Shown: positions 13,608-27,400 of the stretch, in pieces
How positions within the stretch are numbered: position 1 is the stretch's first letter
Layout of the letters: every line of letters begins with the position of its first letter
Origin: Rhizophagus irregularis
Taxonomy: Eukaryota
NCBI RefSeq assembly: GCF_026210795.1
Contig: NC_089435.1
Location: 5,084,001 to 5,148,000, forward strand
DNA length: 64,000 bases
Direction: 5' to 3'
Made by a program: the position numbers and the translations under genes
The notes under the pieces: generated by a model
The model's input: only the letters and a program-made list of their open reading frames with translations
What the model was told of the DNA's origin: nothing
Databases searched by the model: none

Positions 13608-14087
13608 ATGACGAGATATACAAGCCATCCGTTTCCATTTACACTTATAATCACATTTATATTTTTTACGGTTATCACTTCAGCTGCAGTAATAAATAGT
13701 CCATGTAAAATAGAAGGACATGTGGAATTTTTTCCAGACTTTAATAAAGATTATTTATCTGGAGTAATCACGTTCAGCGAAAATAAAGGAGGAGATAAAG
13801 TTATTGTTGATGGAATATTTACTACAGATATTGGAGTAGATGGAATTAAAGATGAAGACGGAAATCCTCGCTATAGAGCAGAATTATACAATAATAAAGG
13901 AGTTTTATTATATGATTTGACCGATTCTGTATTTAACAATGCTATTGAATTAGTTTCATTTAATAAACAATACGCTAACCTTCAAATTTGTGGTTCTAAT
14001 AGTATAATTGATAAAGTAGTGGTTATTAAAAAGGATGGGGATGAAATTGCAAGGGCTGAAATTTATGAGCTATTGGATTATCATTAG
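13608..14087 (+). CDS. Small secreted protein, probable Cu/Zn-SOD-like fold lacking the metal-binding His residues
   Basis: Intronless 159-aa ORF with a hydrophobic N-terminal signal peptide. GVITF...VIVDG and LQICGSNSIIDKVVVI...IARAEI echo SOD beta-strands, but there is no HxH motif. Confidence 0.65.
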   Translation: MTRYTSHPFPFTLIITFIFFTVITSAAVINSPCKIEGHVEFFPDFNKDYLSGVITFSENKGGDKVIVDGIFTTDIGVDGIKDEDGNPRYRAELYNNKGVLLYDLTDSVFNNAIELVSFNKQYANLQICGSNSIIDKVVVIKKDGDEIARAEIYELLDYH

Positions 14088-14694
14088 TGTGTGGGTATTT
14101 TTAATTAATGGACGGGTATTTCTTTTTTTTTTAAAAAAAAAAAGAAAAAAATAATAGACATAGATTTTTTTTTTCTTTGTTTTTTGTTTTGTAATTGTGT
14201 AAACATAGTAACCATTTAATCATTTATTCATTCATGCTGAGAAATAGTATAATGATTAATATAGATAAAAGATAACATATGACTTGAGCTTCTCTACGTA
14301 TAATAATTCTATTTAGTAAAATTTATGTTATTCTCTCCCTGAAAAATACTTCTTATCGTGTCAAATGAACAAATATTTCACAAACTATACAATGGGAATA
14401 ATCCTACCAGACAATGGATTTAAAAGACGACATTCATTGATCTACGATATTATGTGACCCTGTTGTGATACAAAACGCCATAAAAAAATTCTCCCATATG
14501 ATTTTTCTCAAGGAAATTGGTATATAAACACCACATCAAGACTAATCGATTTCTTTTTTAAAAATTTCCTAATTTTTAATGGTAAATTTTACGTACTATT
14601 TTTTCCTTTAAGAAATTTTTTCCTTATATAATTGGTTGTTTTTTAAAAATAAACATAATCATTTAAGACGATTTTAAAATAAAACAAGAAAAAA

Positions 14695-15109
14695 ATGGAA
14701 CAACCTTCACGTATTGATCATATGAAGCGTGGCGTTATAATGGGAAGTGCTGTAGGGGTGTGTCTAGGTTTGGCTCTTGGAACATATCACATTTTCAGGT
14801 AGGTAGAAAATCTTAATTTTACAATTAGAAATCAAAATTTCGTCTTTGACCATAGTTCTTTTTTTTTTTAGATACGGAGCAGGTCCAAGAGGATTCATTT
14901 CAACTCTTGGTCAATATATGGCAACTTCAGCTGGTAGCTTTGCATTATTTATGGGAGTTGGTTCTGCTATTCGTAGCGAAGAACAACCAAAAAATATTAT
15001 GTGGAAACAACATTTGGAACGTCAAAATTCTTTATCAAGAGGTTTCGCCAATTTACCCGTTGAAGTTTTAGAAGGAAAACGTTGGGATAGGAAAATCGTT
15101 GGAATGTAA
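14695..15109 (+). CDS. MGR2: Mgr2/ROMO1 TIM23 subunit, 2 exons (14695-14798, 14872-15109)
   Basis: DHMKRGVIMGSAVGVCLG...FRYGAGPRGFISTLGQYMATSAGSFALFMGVGSAIR matches the Romo1/Mgr2 family. Confidence 0.92.
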
Positions 15110-15712
15110 TCAGTCTTTCATTATTTTGGGTATCTTGGGTTTCTTGGGTTATATATAATATAAATCATTGGGAAATCAATTCTTTTTTTTTCTTTTCTTT
15201 TAAAAACTATTTTTTACAAAAAAAAAAAATAATAATAATAAAATCATAAAGCGAAAAATTTTCGTTTTATTTGTAGAAATTGTATAAAATTATTTTAAAA
15301 ATAAAAATTAAAAAAAAAAATCATTTTCATGATTTCTCGTTGTAACAAAAGATATTAATTTTTATCTTGTGAAAAAGTTTAATTATAATTGAGTTTTTAT
15401 TTTTTTTGGCGTATTTTGTGTGTATTCATTAATTAAAAATTGATGGTCAATTGGTCAATTTAGTTTTACAATAATTAGATCTGTCGTGAGAATTAGATCA
15501 ATTAATAATAATATCTATGATATTTATAATAAATTTCAATACCGATATTTTTTTTATTAATTGCTAAATTTATGATTGGACATTTATAACAAAAAATTTA
15601 GGAGCTTTCGGAATCTACAGTATCTTTTAATTTACTCCTAGAATACGATGAATAGATGAGATATGCAAGGTTCCGTGCACAACTCTAAATCATAATTTTA
15701 ATTATACATAAA

Positions 15713-17079
15713 TCAATCTATGTTCAATAATAATTTCATTCTATGATAAACAGTAAAAGATACCGCTACCATAGGAGTAACTTTTAAATAACCAATACTC
15801 AATCCCACAAAGAATCCTTTAAATCCATTTGTTACCCAAATTGTTCTAATTGTTTGCAACAATCCAACATAAGTTGTTGGATCCACTGCACCATAAACTT
15901 GCATCCTACGTCGAATTACTTCCAAAGGATAAGATACAGTTTGTGCTATTGCACCTGATAATCCACCCACTGTTAGTTCAGCCCATGTTTTTAATGGAGA
16001 TTTTATATTTTGACCTCGGCTATCTAACTTTCCTGCAGCTAAAGAAGGTTTAGTAGTTGAATCTGCTAGTTCTGTTCTGCAAAATTCAGTCAACAAATAA
16101 TGAGTAAAAAATGATACTCCAGCATATGGAATCATTCCAATTATTGTAGGATTTAATCCTCGATAAAAATTCATAATTGGAAAATGAATCAATTTTCTAT
16201 GAGAAGCTGCACTTTCATGATAAATCTGTTTAAATAAAGTAACATATCTTACACGTGAATCATTTCGTACTTCAAAAGCAAGCCTTACACGTATAAGCTC
16301 CAAAGGATAAGTACACAATACAGAAGTGATACCTAGATGTAAATTTCAAATAAAATAAAAATTTAAAAATATCAGAATAGGGAATGGGAAATTATCGTAA
16401 CTTACCAGCCAAAGATCCAGATATTAAATGTCTAAACGCTGTATCTTCATTTGGCATTAATACCTAAATTCAAAAAAATAAATATATAATTAATTTCATA
16501 AATAAATATATTAAAACTATTAAAATTTAGAACCTACATGACGAATTTGTTCAAATGCGACAAATTTAATTGCAGCATAAGGGAGAATCCTCAATAAAGT
16601 AGCAGAATTACCTTGGAATAAACCCCTAACCCCATTAATTGTATAAATTTCTTTACTTGCTTGAAATGCGCCCGACCATGTTCCTGTGAATCGAAACGTT
16701 AATATATAACCAGAATTATTTCTATTCCTTGCCCATATAACAAATCACAACCCACAATTACACACCAAAAGGGTTTTATGTCAAAACGCTTGAATCTACC
16801 TGCATATTTTTGAAAGTGTGGATTACTAGCTTGAAACAATATCTTTACCCTATCCAGTGGTGCAATTACTGTTTTGGCCTAAATTCGATGATATGTATTA
16901 AGAATTTGCGAATATTACCTTCATAATTAAGAAAAAAAAAAAAATACACGTACTACACAACCAGCAACACCACCCGCAACACCGGACCTTATTATATAGC
17001 ACAAACTTTGCTTATTATGATATCGACGTTTCGTTCCTAAAGCATCCACTTCTTGAATTGAATGTACGGGTGTTGACAT
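15713..17079 (-). CDS. LEU5: Mitochondrial carrier, LEU5/SLC25A16-type coenzyme A transporter, 5 exons
   Basis: Three carrier signatures ([32 protein letters not shown]) plus [28 protein letters not shown] and [16 protein letters not shown]. An alternative in-frame ATG lies at 17115. Confidence 0.9.
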
Positions 17080-17276
17080 TGCAATTGTAAGTAGTATTAA
17101 TAATGTTATTAACATGTATATATTTAGTAACTCACGTGGAACTGTTTTATCACATGATTAGCCACGTATAATTATTAGTCATTTATTACACGTACAGCAT
17201 ATTACTATAATTACTATGGCAATCAATCGATATAAATGATCAGTGTCACTTCCTTTTCACTCCGAACAAAACTACC
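17080..17276. promoter_or_regulatory. Compact bidirectional promoter between LEU5 and NMNAT
   Basis: Head-to-head start codons about 200 bp apart; clustered CACGTG/CACATG/CACGTA E-box-like words. Confidence 0.55.
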
Positions 17277-18846
17277 ATGACTACCATGGCTTCAGTTAAA
17301 AGTAATGGCATTAGTAAAAAAACACAATTACCTTCTCCTTCGGCTACTGAGTTGGAAGAAGATGACCCAGCCGTTAAACTTCAGCCCTCAGACATTAAAG
17401 ATTATTTTTTTCCAGCGCATAGGCTTAAAACACAACTCGAAGGTATACTTCTTCCCTTGTCTTAAAAGTTATAAATTAGTAATTAGAATGAAATATAGTT
17501 TTATTTTATTTCATTAAAATAACACGTGCATACGAAAGTTGCTTCTTTACTTGAAAATAAACACGTTAAAATTTTTGAAAACTTCATTATTTTCAAAACC
17601 ATGGTAGTTTAGAAGTATTTTTGTTTTTCTTATCGTATTTTGTTCGATTTAACGCTTTTTTTTACAGAATTATGTCTTAATTAATTCAAGGTAGTAAATC
17701 CATTAGTAATTAGAGAATTGCATCCTCAATCAAAAACTCATCAGATGACACAAAAGAGCCTGTTGTTATAGTTGCGTGCGGGTCATTTTCACCGATCACG
17801 TATTTACATTTACGAATTTTTGGTAAATATTACTATTTTCAACTGTATTTTAATTTTGATACTTTATTATGAAATGTATTTGAGTTTAAAATATATGTAA
17901 ACATTGTTTTACGTCAAAATTCTCTCTTCAGAAATGGCGAAGGATTACATCCACGAGAATACGAATTTTGAAATTATGGGAGGATATTATTCCCCCGTAT
18001 CAGATCATTATCAAAAGGAGGGTCTAGCCCCGTCTCATCATAGAGTTCGCATGGGTGAACTTGCAGTAGAACGAACTTCAACTTGGTTGATGGTTGACGC
18101 ATGGGAGAGTCTTCAGCCCGAATACACTAGAACAGCATTGGTACTTGATCACTTTAATGAAGAAATAAACACCAAACGTGGTGGAGTCATGACATCTAGA
18201 GGTGAATTGGTTTATCTAATTTGATTTGGATCTTCAGATATGTATCAAACAACTAAAAATGTTTTAATTTAAAAGGTAAATGTCGGCATGTGAAAGTTTT
18301 ACTACTTGCTGGTGGTGACTTGATTGAATCTTTCAAGACTCCCGGTCTTTGGCTGGATGATGATGTAAGTTATGCTTGTTATGCATTATATAGAAATTGC
18401 ATATTTGATATGTTTTTTAATATAAGTCTCATGATCTTACGATATGATAGCTTCATCATATTCTTGGTGATTATGGATGTCTAATTGTTGAAAGAACTGG
18501 AGCTGATGTTTGGGGCTTCTTATTAGGCCACGATATACTTTACCAGCACAGAGTATGTACAAAACATATATTTTTCAACTATTATTTAATTCCGATTTAA
18601 TTGACTTAATTATAATTAATCATATAGAAAAATGTCTATGTAATTAAACAATTAATATATAACGATATCAGCTCAACGAAAGTGCGGTATGTATTTCTCA
18701 TTTACATAAAAATTAATTTCAAACATTTTAAATTAAGTATTACTTTGTTTCATAGATTGTTCGTGAGGCGTGGGATGTCTATAAAATATCTTCTTCCTAA
18801 TTCTGTTATTAAGTACATTCAAGCAAATGGATTGTATGATACTTAA
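17277..18846 (+). CDS. NMA1: Nicotinamide/nicotinate mononucleotide adenylyltransferase (NMNAT), 7 exons
   Basis: IVACGSFSPITYLHLRIFEMAKD, SPVSDHYQKEGLAPSHHRVRM, WLMVDAWE, LLAGGDLIESF, YGCLIVERTG, NDISSTKVRLFVRRGMSIKYLLP. Confidence 0.96.
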
Positions 18847-21753
18847 CTTATGTAAGTTTTATTCATTTAAAGAGATTATAACTTCCTTAGATATATATTG
18901 AAGTATTATGATTAACAGTTAATATTTATATTTCGACTTAATTGTCATATTTTACTTTTTAATAAATTTTTACTAATTGTTATAAATACATTACATTTCT
19001 GTTTAAAAGACATAAAAGTAATTGATTTCTTCACTTAACACTTGGAATGAACTATCATTCTGAGTCAGATTCTGTAATACGACCCGACTAGATCGGATAA
19101 TAATTAGTCGGATATCTCTAAAGTGGTGCTGCAGATCAATTGCCAATCAGACAAACAGTATATACTAACCATTTACTATTAATGCCGTTTAAGCTTGATC
19201 GGCTTAGCTTGACGCAGCTAATTATCTAATAGCGACTAAAGATGGCGGTCTGATAGTCTAAACCAATCTTTCTGATGAAAGTTGTTTCTTCACATGAAAA
19301 CTGTCAGAATGATTTGTGAAGAATATTTATATGGCGCTGTTTTCCGAATTTCTGAACAGATTATTTTACCGCTTTATCTGTTTTTGGCATTCATTTGTAA
19401 AAAGTCTATTGAAATTGGGAAATTTTTATTTAGACTAACCATGGAACTGCGGTATTTTACCTAATCAAGCTGATTACGAAATAAAAAATCTAGTAACCAT
19501 AAAGAATAGGTGCTATCTAAATTTAGCAACAATTATGGAGTTGGCGTTTTGAATTATTACGACATATCAAATATGGTTGTTACGTACCTTAACCGTAATG
19601 ACTACTTTGTAACCTTTCAGCAGCTGCGCCTTTGCCTTTTTTGTCACTTCAATGAGCATTCAAAACAAGGAAGGTATATAAAAATAAGGTTAACGCGCAT
19701 TTTTCTTATTTTACTAATTAATTTTTTTGGCTTTAAATCTTTCACTGCGAAAGATCTCACGTGATGCTAACTTCGTTACGAAAGCGCCCAATAACTCTAG
19801 GAATCCCTCATAAACTTTTACTAACATTACAGTCTATTTAAAATCAAAAGTCTACCATATTATCAACCAATTAGAGATAACCAATAAGAATTAGGGTAAA
19901 ACTGAACCAGTACTATCAAAAAGTTTATTCATTTAGCCTTTTTAGCCTTTCTAGCCGATTTATTTTACTATTAAAACATAGAGTCAAAAATGATAAATTC
20001 ACGAGTTGGGTCACAAATAGTTTGTGTAATCTGATATATATATATATTATACACTAAATTTTTGTGGCGTAATTTATTAAGTTTCCTAATCAGTGTTGCT
20101 TTCAAATCTGTTAGCTAATCGAATTCTCTAACAAGCCGTAAGTTTCCCTTCTTACTTTCATTACTTACTACCTTGGGGAAGTATAGACATCATGTGGTTA
20201 CAATATTAGACAGGATGTTAACAGATATTCATCAACGTTCTAGTGGCTAATAAGACATTTATTGGAGTGCGAAATGGATTTGCACGTATTAGTATAAGAG
20301 GGTCCACTATAATAAGATTTCCAATTAAATATATTACTTTAACAAGCTAGGAAAGTTTGTTTTATTAAAAATAAAAATAAAAAAGAATAACTTAAATAAA
20401 GAAAAAAATGTAAAATTATTCTCAGAAATATGTTGGCAAATCTGGCCAAGATTACGGATTACATAATATTTCCATTTTATACAGGAAATGAGTTTTTTGT
20501 ATATGAATGTGCAATTGCTGATTTTATTACAAGTATTATTTAAATAAGTGATAAATATTAAAATATTTTACAAGATAAATTTATAGATTAATGTATATAT
20601 ATAATTTGACATTTTTTTGGAATTTTTCTTTATTGGAAAATAAAAAACACCTATAAATTCAAAAAATCAATTCTTTAAAATTTACAATTTTTTTTCAATT
20701 CTAAGGAGATAAATTTGATTAATAAATAAATCTAATAAGCTATTTATAACAAAAATGTTAAAATACTATAACACTAATTAAATATTTAAAAAATGATTAT
20801 TTATAATTTAAATTACTTTAAAAAAAATAACAATAAAATAAAAAATATATTTAACTATTAATATATATTTTTGTATGTTTATTGAAAAATAAAAATATTA
20901 AAAATAATATTAAATATTATACCTAAATTTCATTTAAAATTTATAATAAATTTTTTTTATTACTGACCTTTATATATTTAGTTATATATAATTTATTTAT
21001 TTATATATATAAATTTTACAATATTTATAAAAGAACTAATGTATTTAAAATAGAAGAGTTGTAATAAATAAATGGAAAAAAAATATTTTTCCTGAAATGT
21101 AAATACATATTATTATTATCTAGTTGAATTGTTTGTATGGATAAAGTATTACCTAAAATTATTACTACCTTTGTATTTTTGAAACTAATAAAAAATATAT
21201 GTCTTTTGTCTTTTTCCTTTTTCCTTTTTTATTTACTAACAACTGGGTTCATCTGATCCAAACTATCATTTGGAATACTATTTCTTTTAGCTTTACTTTT
21301 AGCTTTATTCGTTAATCTTTTCAAGCAATTATATTCCGATTTGATTTATGATTAAAATGGCTAAATTTTCAGTTTCTTTTATCAAGATGAAACATTGCCC
21401 TGTTTTTTACAATTAAAGTAAAGACCATCCAGGAGTTTTCAATTTTCAGTCTGATAATATTGATCATAAACACATTCATCTAGGTATAGTATAACTCAAT
21501 CATTTAATAAATACACGTAATGGATTATTTTGCTCCCCAAATAATGATAACAATTTTTTCTTGATTCATTTTCCCGTGTTGTATATTTTTGTAATACAAT
21601 GTAAATCACATTTTAATACAATTGTAATACGTATAAATTTTGTTACTGATTTAGGAGTAAAATCTAAAATTTAAGTCATCTTCTTCCTTTCAATTATTTC
21701 ACAATTAACCAGATTTTTTGTACAAATATCTTGAAAAGAATTAATTGTTAAGT

Positions 21754-22899
21754 ATGGATGATGACCGAAGAAGTCGTACTAGTGCGGGTAGTGGTAGGTT
21801 TATTTTCCACAATTATATAATATAAATTTTTCGTACAAAGAAATTAATCACATGAAAATCAATAATCTTTAGCACCAACTACGTTTAGCAATGCTAAACC
21901 AAAAATTGTGGATCCTATTCGTATAGAATGTAAAAAGGTTGCAATCAAACCTACGGGGGCGTTTCTTGATACTTATACCGATGTAAAATTGGGTGTATTA
22001 TTTTGTCATTCTACTCGTGATATGTACTTGTGTTTGAACGAGTTAAAAGATAAAATTTGCATCCCGTATGATCAGGTATATAAAGCTTTGTTTATTTTGA
22101 TTTTCTCAAAGATTGATCTTTTCTTTCCTTTAGGTGACTGGATTCAGAATTGCCGAATACAAAGAATTAGAAATCTCACTCATACCTAACTTTGATAGAA
22201 GGGTAACATCATTGTTTAATTATAAATATAACATCACTATATCTTAATTCTTTTCTTATTATATAAATAGTTTTTTCAAAACGGAGTTGAGATAAAAGGA
22301 GATCCATCTAATGGTCTGTTAGAGAAAGCAACATCATTGCTTTTTATACCCTGTCCGTTTGTCAGCCTCAACGTATTGGTTTCTGTTGAAGCTGCTTTTG
22401 GAAGGTACAGAACTGAAATATTTTTAGACATTAGAGACCTAGATTCATCAAATATTCAGGTGTGATCTTAAATTCTAATGCATTATATGCAAAAAAAAAA
22501 AAATAACTTTCACTCATGTATTTGTAACAACTTTTAGGACAATAATTCTAACTTAAATAATGAGGTATGCTAAAAAGGTTTTTTTTGTTAATAACATTGT
22601 AAAAGATTTGGTTATTTATTTATCTAAGCTTGATTGATTATCTTTTTTTATAGATGTTTGTGAGATTTTACTTGCATGTAGAACGTGGGGGAGTTATCGT
22701 TCCGCGAGATATTAGTTTTAATGGAATTATACAGGCTATTGAAAGCAGATTTGATTTTCAACTTAATCAAGAACGTATATCTTATAAAAATGGAGCATAT
22801 GACATGGTCGCTATTAGAGATGAAGAAGATTGGAAGGTTGCTAAGTGGGAAACAAAACATTCCGATAAAGCCGGTGTGATGGACCTTTATTTATATTGA
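21754..22899 (+). CDS. Uncharacterised protein with C-terminal PB1 domain, about 6 exons
   Basis: Continuous spliced frame. The last exon has ISYKNGAYDMVAIRDEEDWKVA, resembling the PB1 OPCA motif (Y.D..GD.V.I..DED). Confidence 0.65.
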
Positions 22900-23269
22900 G
22901 GAGGATTAGATATTTGTAAGTTATGTTATTCTATATTTGTAGAAAAGTTACGAACAACAATCAAATCAATCTACGATACTTAATTAAAGAATTTGCAGAT
23001 GAAAAAAAGAATTCTTTTTAATGGAAATATCAAAAATTATAAAAAAAAAATCCCAAAATATTTCTACTAAGAATAGTTGATTTCAGATCAATTGAAACAA
23101 GAAATTTTATTTTTGAGTGATTTATTGTTTATTTTGAATTTTAAGTATTTCCAACAACTTCCTCAGAAGATTGGATTATCCGAATGATTTCAGAGATTAG
23201 AAATTTTATGACTTCAAAATGGTAAATGTTGTATTATTCTAGTATATCTTCTAATATTAAGTCTTTTGA

Positions 23270-24045
23270 TTAGACAGGATTATATTCAGGTTGTTCAGTT
23301 ATTAAAGTTTCCATCGGTTGAAACATTGGTCTATACTTATTTACACTTTTGTCTTCTAATATGCCTGTAATACCACCCTTAATAAATTCACTCCATGTAA
23401 CCCATTCCAAGCATTCAGTTTTATTTGGCTCCATCACCTTAATACAAGCTTTCATTATGAGTTTATGCTAAAAAAAATTCATCATTATATAAAAAAAAGA
23501 TCGCACTTACCGCTGGTTCCACATTCTCATCTACAACTTCAGCTTTCATGTAAATACTTACATAATGTTTATTTTCATTATGCATTATCTCATTAGTTAC
23601 AGTTTGATACTTTATATTCTTTATCTCAAGATTCGTTTCTTCTAAAATTTCACCTGTTTTAAAAGATCAAAATTAATAACCAAATAAAAATTTATATATA
23701 TATTAAATAAATAAATAAATACGTTTTGCGCAATCGCTGAATGTTTCTCCAAATTCCAAATGTCCTAATAAAATAAAAAATAAATGATTATAAAAAAAAA
23801 TCACGATTTCGTGTAAAAAAAAGGCCCTTTACCTCCAGGAATTTCCCAAGTTCCTAGTATATTAAGAAACATTAATATGATAAATTCAATAAAAGTTAAT
23901 ATAAAAGTTAATTTTTAATAAAATTACCAGCGCCATGACTTCCCTTTCGCTTTCCAACAAGAAATTTATTGCCACGAATAACGAAAACACCTACGCCTAC
24001 GCGAGGATGCTTACAGGAATAATTAGGTGTCGAAGAGAGAGACAT
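23270..24045 (-). CDS. Nudix hydrolase, NUDT15/plant NUDX1-like, 5 exons
   Basis: PRVGVGVFV...[41 protein letters not shown] (complete Nudix box), KHYVSIYM, MEPNKTECLEWVTW. Confidence 0.9.
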
Positions 24046-24479
24046 GAATGGTCACATGTATTAACATTTAGTGAAATTTTATTTGTCAACGTAATCACAA
24101 TGAACGCCGCACTAAATTCCGTAACGCCACACTTAATGCCGTAACTCTGGTGAGTCTTGTCGATAAGTGGAAGTTTATAAAAGATGGGATCACGAGGGTC
24201 ACGGTGAGATCAATGTGAACTGGGCTTTGGATAACACTGTTAACAGTAGATAGAGATTTGAGTTAATAAATTTCGAATAGAATTTATTAAAAAAATTAAG
24301 TAAGATCGTTTGGTCTTAGAGTTGACGATTTAAAACAATGACCTTTAAAGCTTTTCGAAAATAAGTATAACAGATACAATACGTTTATTGGTGGTAAACG
24401 TTGATCAAACGAGATAAGCCACACTAATTTAAATAAAAAGCCAAGATCAACAGGACACGTTGCGATTTACATTCCTATC

Positions 24480-27400
24480 ATGCTTTCAAATACCGAAAAT
24501 GAGAATTTACAAGAAAACGGTTCACTTCAAGAAGATTTCAACAATGATATTATTAAGTTTCCTCCAGAATTAGAAAATTCAATTAGTAAAATATTAAAAG
24601 CAAATGATCCTATAGATAGTAATGAATTTAATCCAATTGAATATCTTAATAAAATGCTTCCCAATGGTAAACGAATAAAGTTTCTTTTATGCTTTTTTAA
24701 AAAAAATATTGTTCTAAACTTCTAATAAATTATATTATAAAGAATATGCATTGGCTTCAATTGATGAAACTACAAAACGACTTCAACATAAGATGCGACA
24801 ATTGGAAGAAGAAATTCGTGAACTTACTAGATTACAAACAAACTGTCAACAAGGAAATGAAAAAATAGATGAAGCAAAAAGAGCCATTGAGGTACTTATT
24901 GAACGATTATTAATAATAATTTGTTGTATGTATTATATCATATGTCCCAAAAAAAAATTTGTTGATAATCTAGGAATTATTTAAAAGAATTAGAGAAATT
25001 AAAGATAAAGCTACCCAATCTGAAGTTATGGTACAAGAAATTACTAAAGATATTAAATCATTGGATTTCGCAAAAAGGCATTTAACCATTTCAATTACTG
25101 CTTTAAAAAGATTACAAATGTTAGGTAAATAATAAGTTTGTTGAATTTTTTTTATATATTAAAATAATATAATTTATATATATTTTTTATTTTCAGTCAC
25201 GGCAGTAGATCAATTGAGAATAATGGCACACATGAAACAATATAAAGAAACTTCACAACTTTTACAAGTAGGTCATGCAAATATTAAACTTTTTTTTTAA
25301 ATGGGATCTTTTAATTAACTTTTTTGGCTAATAATTTAATAGGCGGTTTTACAACTTGCATCATATTTTAAATCATATAAAAGTATAAAACAAATAGCCG
25401 AATTATTAATTTCCATAGTTACTTTTCAAAATGAATTAAAGAAACAAATATTTGAAGATTTTGAATCAAGGTACAAAATTAATTTATAATTTAAAATTGC
25501 TTTTTGTTTTAAAAAAAAAAAATTTAACATAAGGAAATTTTTTTTAATTAATTTAGCTTTACTTCAGATGGAAACCTCACAGTCCAGACTGCACCCCTTG
25601 GTGATGCTTGTTTAGTCGTGGATATTATGGGACAAGATGTAAAGTAAGGCATTTTCTTATTTAGGCCGTTACATTTAATAATAGTCATCATAAATCCCTC
25701 CATTCGATTTAATTAGCATTCCTTCCATTTTGATTTAAGATCCATTATAAAAAAACCTGCCATTTTTATAGAAAATGTGACGATAAAAAAATCTTACATT
25801 TTCTCGAGATTACAGTAATGAGTAGGGCGTAAATTTGCAAATTGGATCATTGTTATGAGTAAACATTGTGATGGCCTTATAAAGATTTTTTTTTTTAAAC
25901 AACTTTAATTAAATTATTTTTCTAATTAATAGGAATCAACTTATTAATTGGTACTGTGAGAGACAGTTAAAAGAATATAAAAGAATATTTCGAGGAAGTG
26001 ATGAGGTACTTTATCTTAATAACAACACATTTTGAACCTTTCATCTTATTTATTATTTATTTTTAGATTGCATCACTTGATAATACATCAAGAAGATATG
26101 CGTGGATAAAAAGAGTTTTAAAAAGTTTTGATGAAGAACAAGCTGATATTTTCCCTTTACATTGGAATGTTAGTGAAGTCCTTTGTAGTAAATTTTGTGA
26201 AATAACTAGGTAAAATTTGTAAACATTTTAATTACTGTATATTTATTGTATACTTATTATTTTTTTTTTTACAGGGAAGATTTAGTTAAAACTCTTTCGC
26301 GTGCTGGGAATGAATTGGATGTTAAAACTTTGCTCAAAAATTTACAGTTAACGCTTGAATTTGAAAATCAATTATTAAAGCGTTTCGCATATATGGTAAA
26401 TATTCTAAATGCATTTGTATTCATTAAATGTTTAATATTAATTTTAAGATCATTTATAGGAGAAACCACCTCAAGCATCAGTAAATTCCTTACCTAAATA
26501 TAACTTCAATAAAAGTATTTCAATATCTTTCGAACCATATCTTGGACTTTATATAGATGCCGAAGACAAGTTACGAGTATAACATAACATTTATTTTGTC
26601 CGTCAAATTTTAATTGAAAAAAAAATTTTTTAAACAAAATAATTTTATTTTTTTTAGAAATATAGCAGAAATGATTTCAACATATCGTACAGAGCCAATC
26701 TCTGATGACGATAATTCATCAGTACTACAATCTAGTACAGAATTATTCATATATTACAAAGAAACAATAGTTAATTGTTCGAAACTATCAATACGTAAAC
26801 CATTTTATGATTTATGTATTACTTTTGCAAAACGGCTTCGTATTTATGCTAGTGATGTTTTAATTGGGAGAATACCAAGGTTTGTACTTGATTTGTTAAT
26901 CATATAAAACAAAAATGTTTATTTATATTTATTTGTTTGATTTAGGGGTAATATGACGCGTGACGAATTGAAATTGACTTGTTTAATTTTAAATACGGCC
27001 GATTATTGTTATAATACAATCCCGCAAGTAAGTATTTTATTGAATTTTGTTAAAAATTACTTTTTCGATTTTTTTTTAAAAATTATTTCAACAACTTATT
27101 GGATTTTGCTAAAAATTATTCCTTTTATTTAGTTGGAAGATAAATTAAAAGAAAAAATTGATGAAGAATACAAAGATAAGATTAATTTTGATGAAGAACG
27201 AGAGGGTTTCTTAAAGTAAGATTAAAACGACGGCATAAAATTTTAATGACATATTAAAGTCAATTTCTTTTTTAGTGTTGTGGCTACATCAATTAAAGCG
27301 TTAGTAAGAGGAATTGAAACTTGTTACGAGCCATCATTAACAGCTATGACTAAATTACCTTGGAGTAATCTAGAGTCAGTTGGTGATCAATCGGAATATG

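Noticed and set aside
19000..21700. Short ORFs, small inverted repeats and possible snoRNA boxes
   Set aside because: No convincing C/D or H/ACA arrangement, TIR pair or protein motif.
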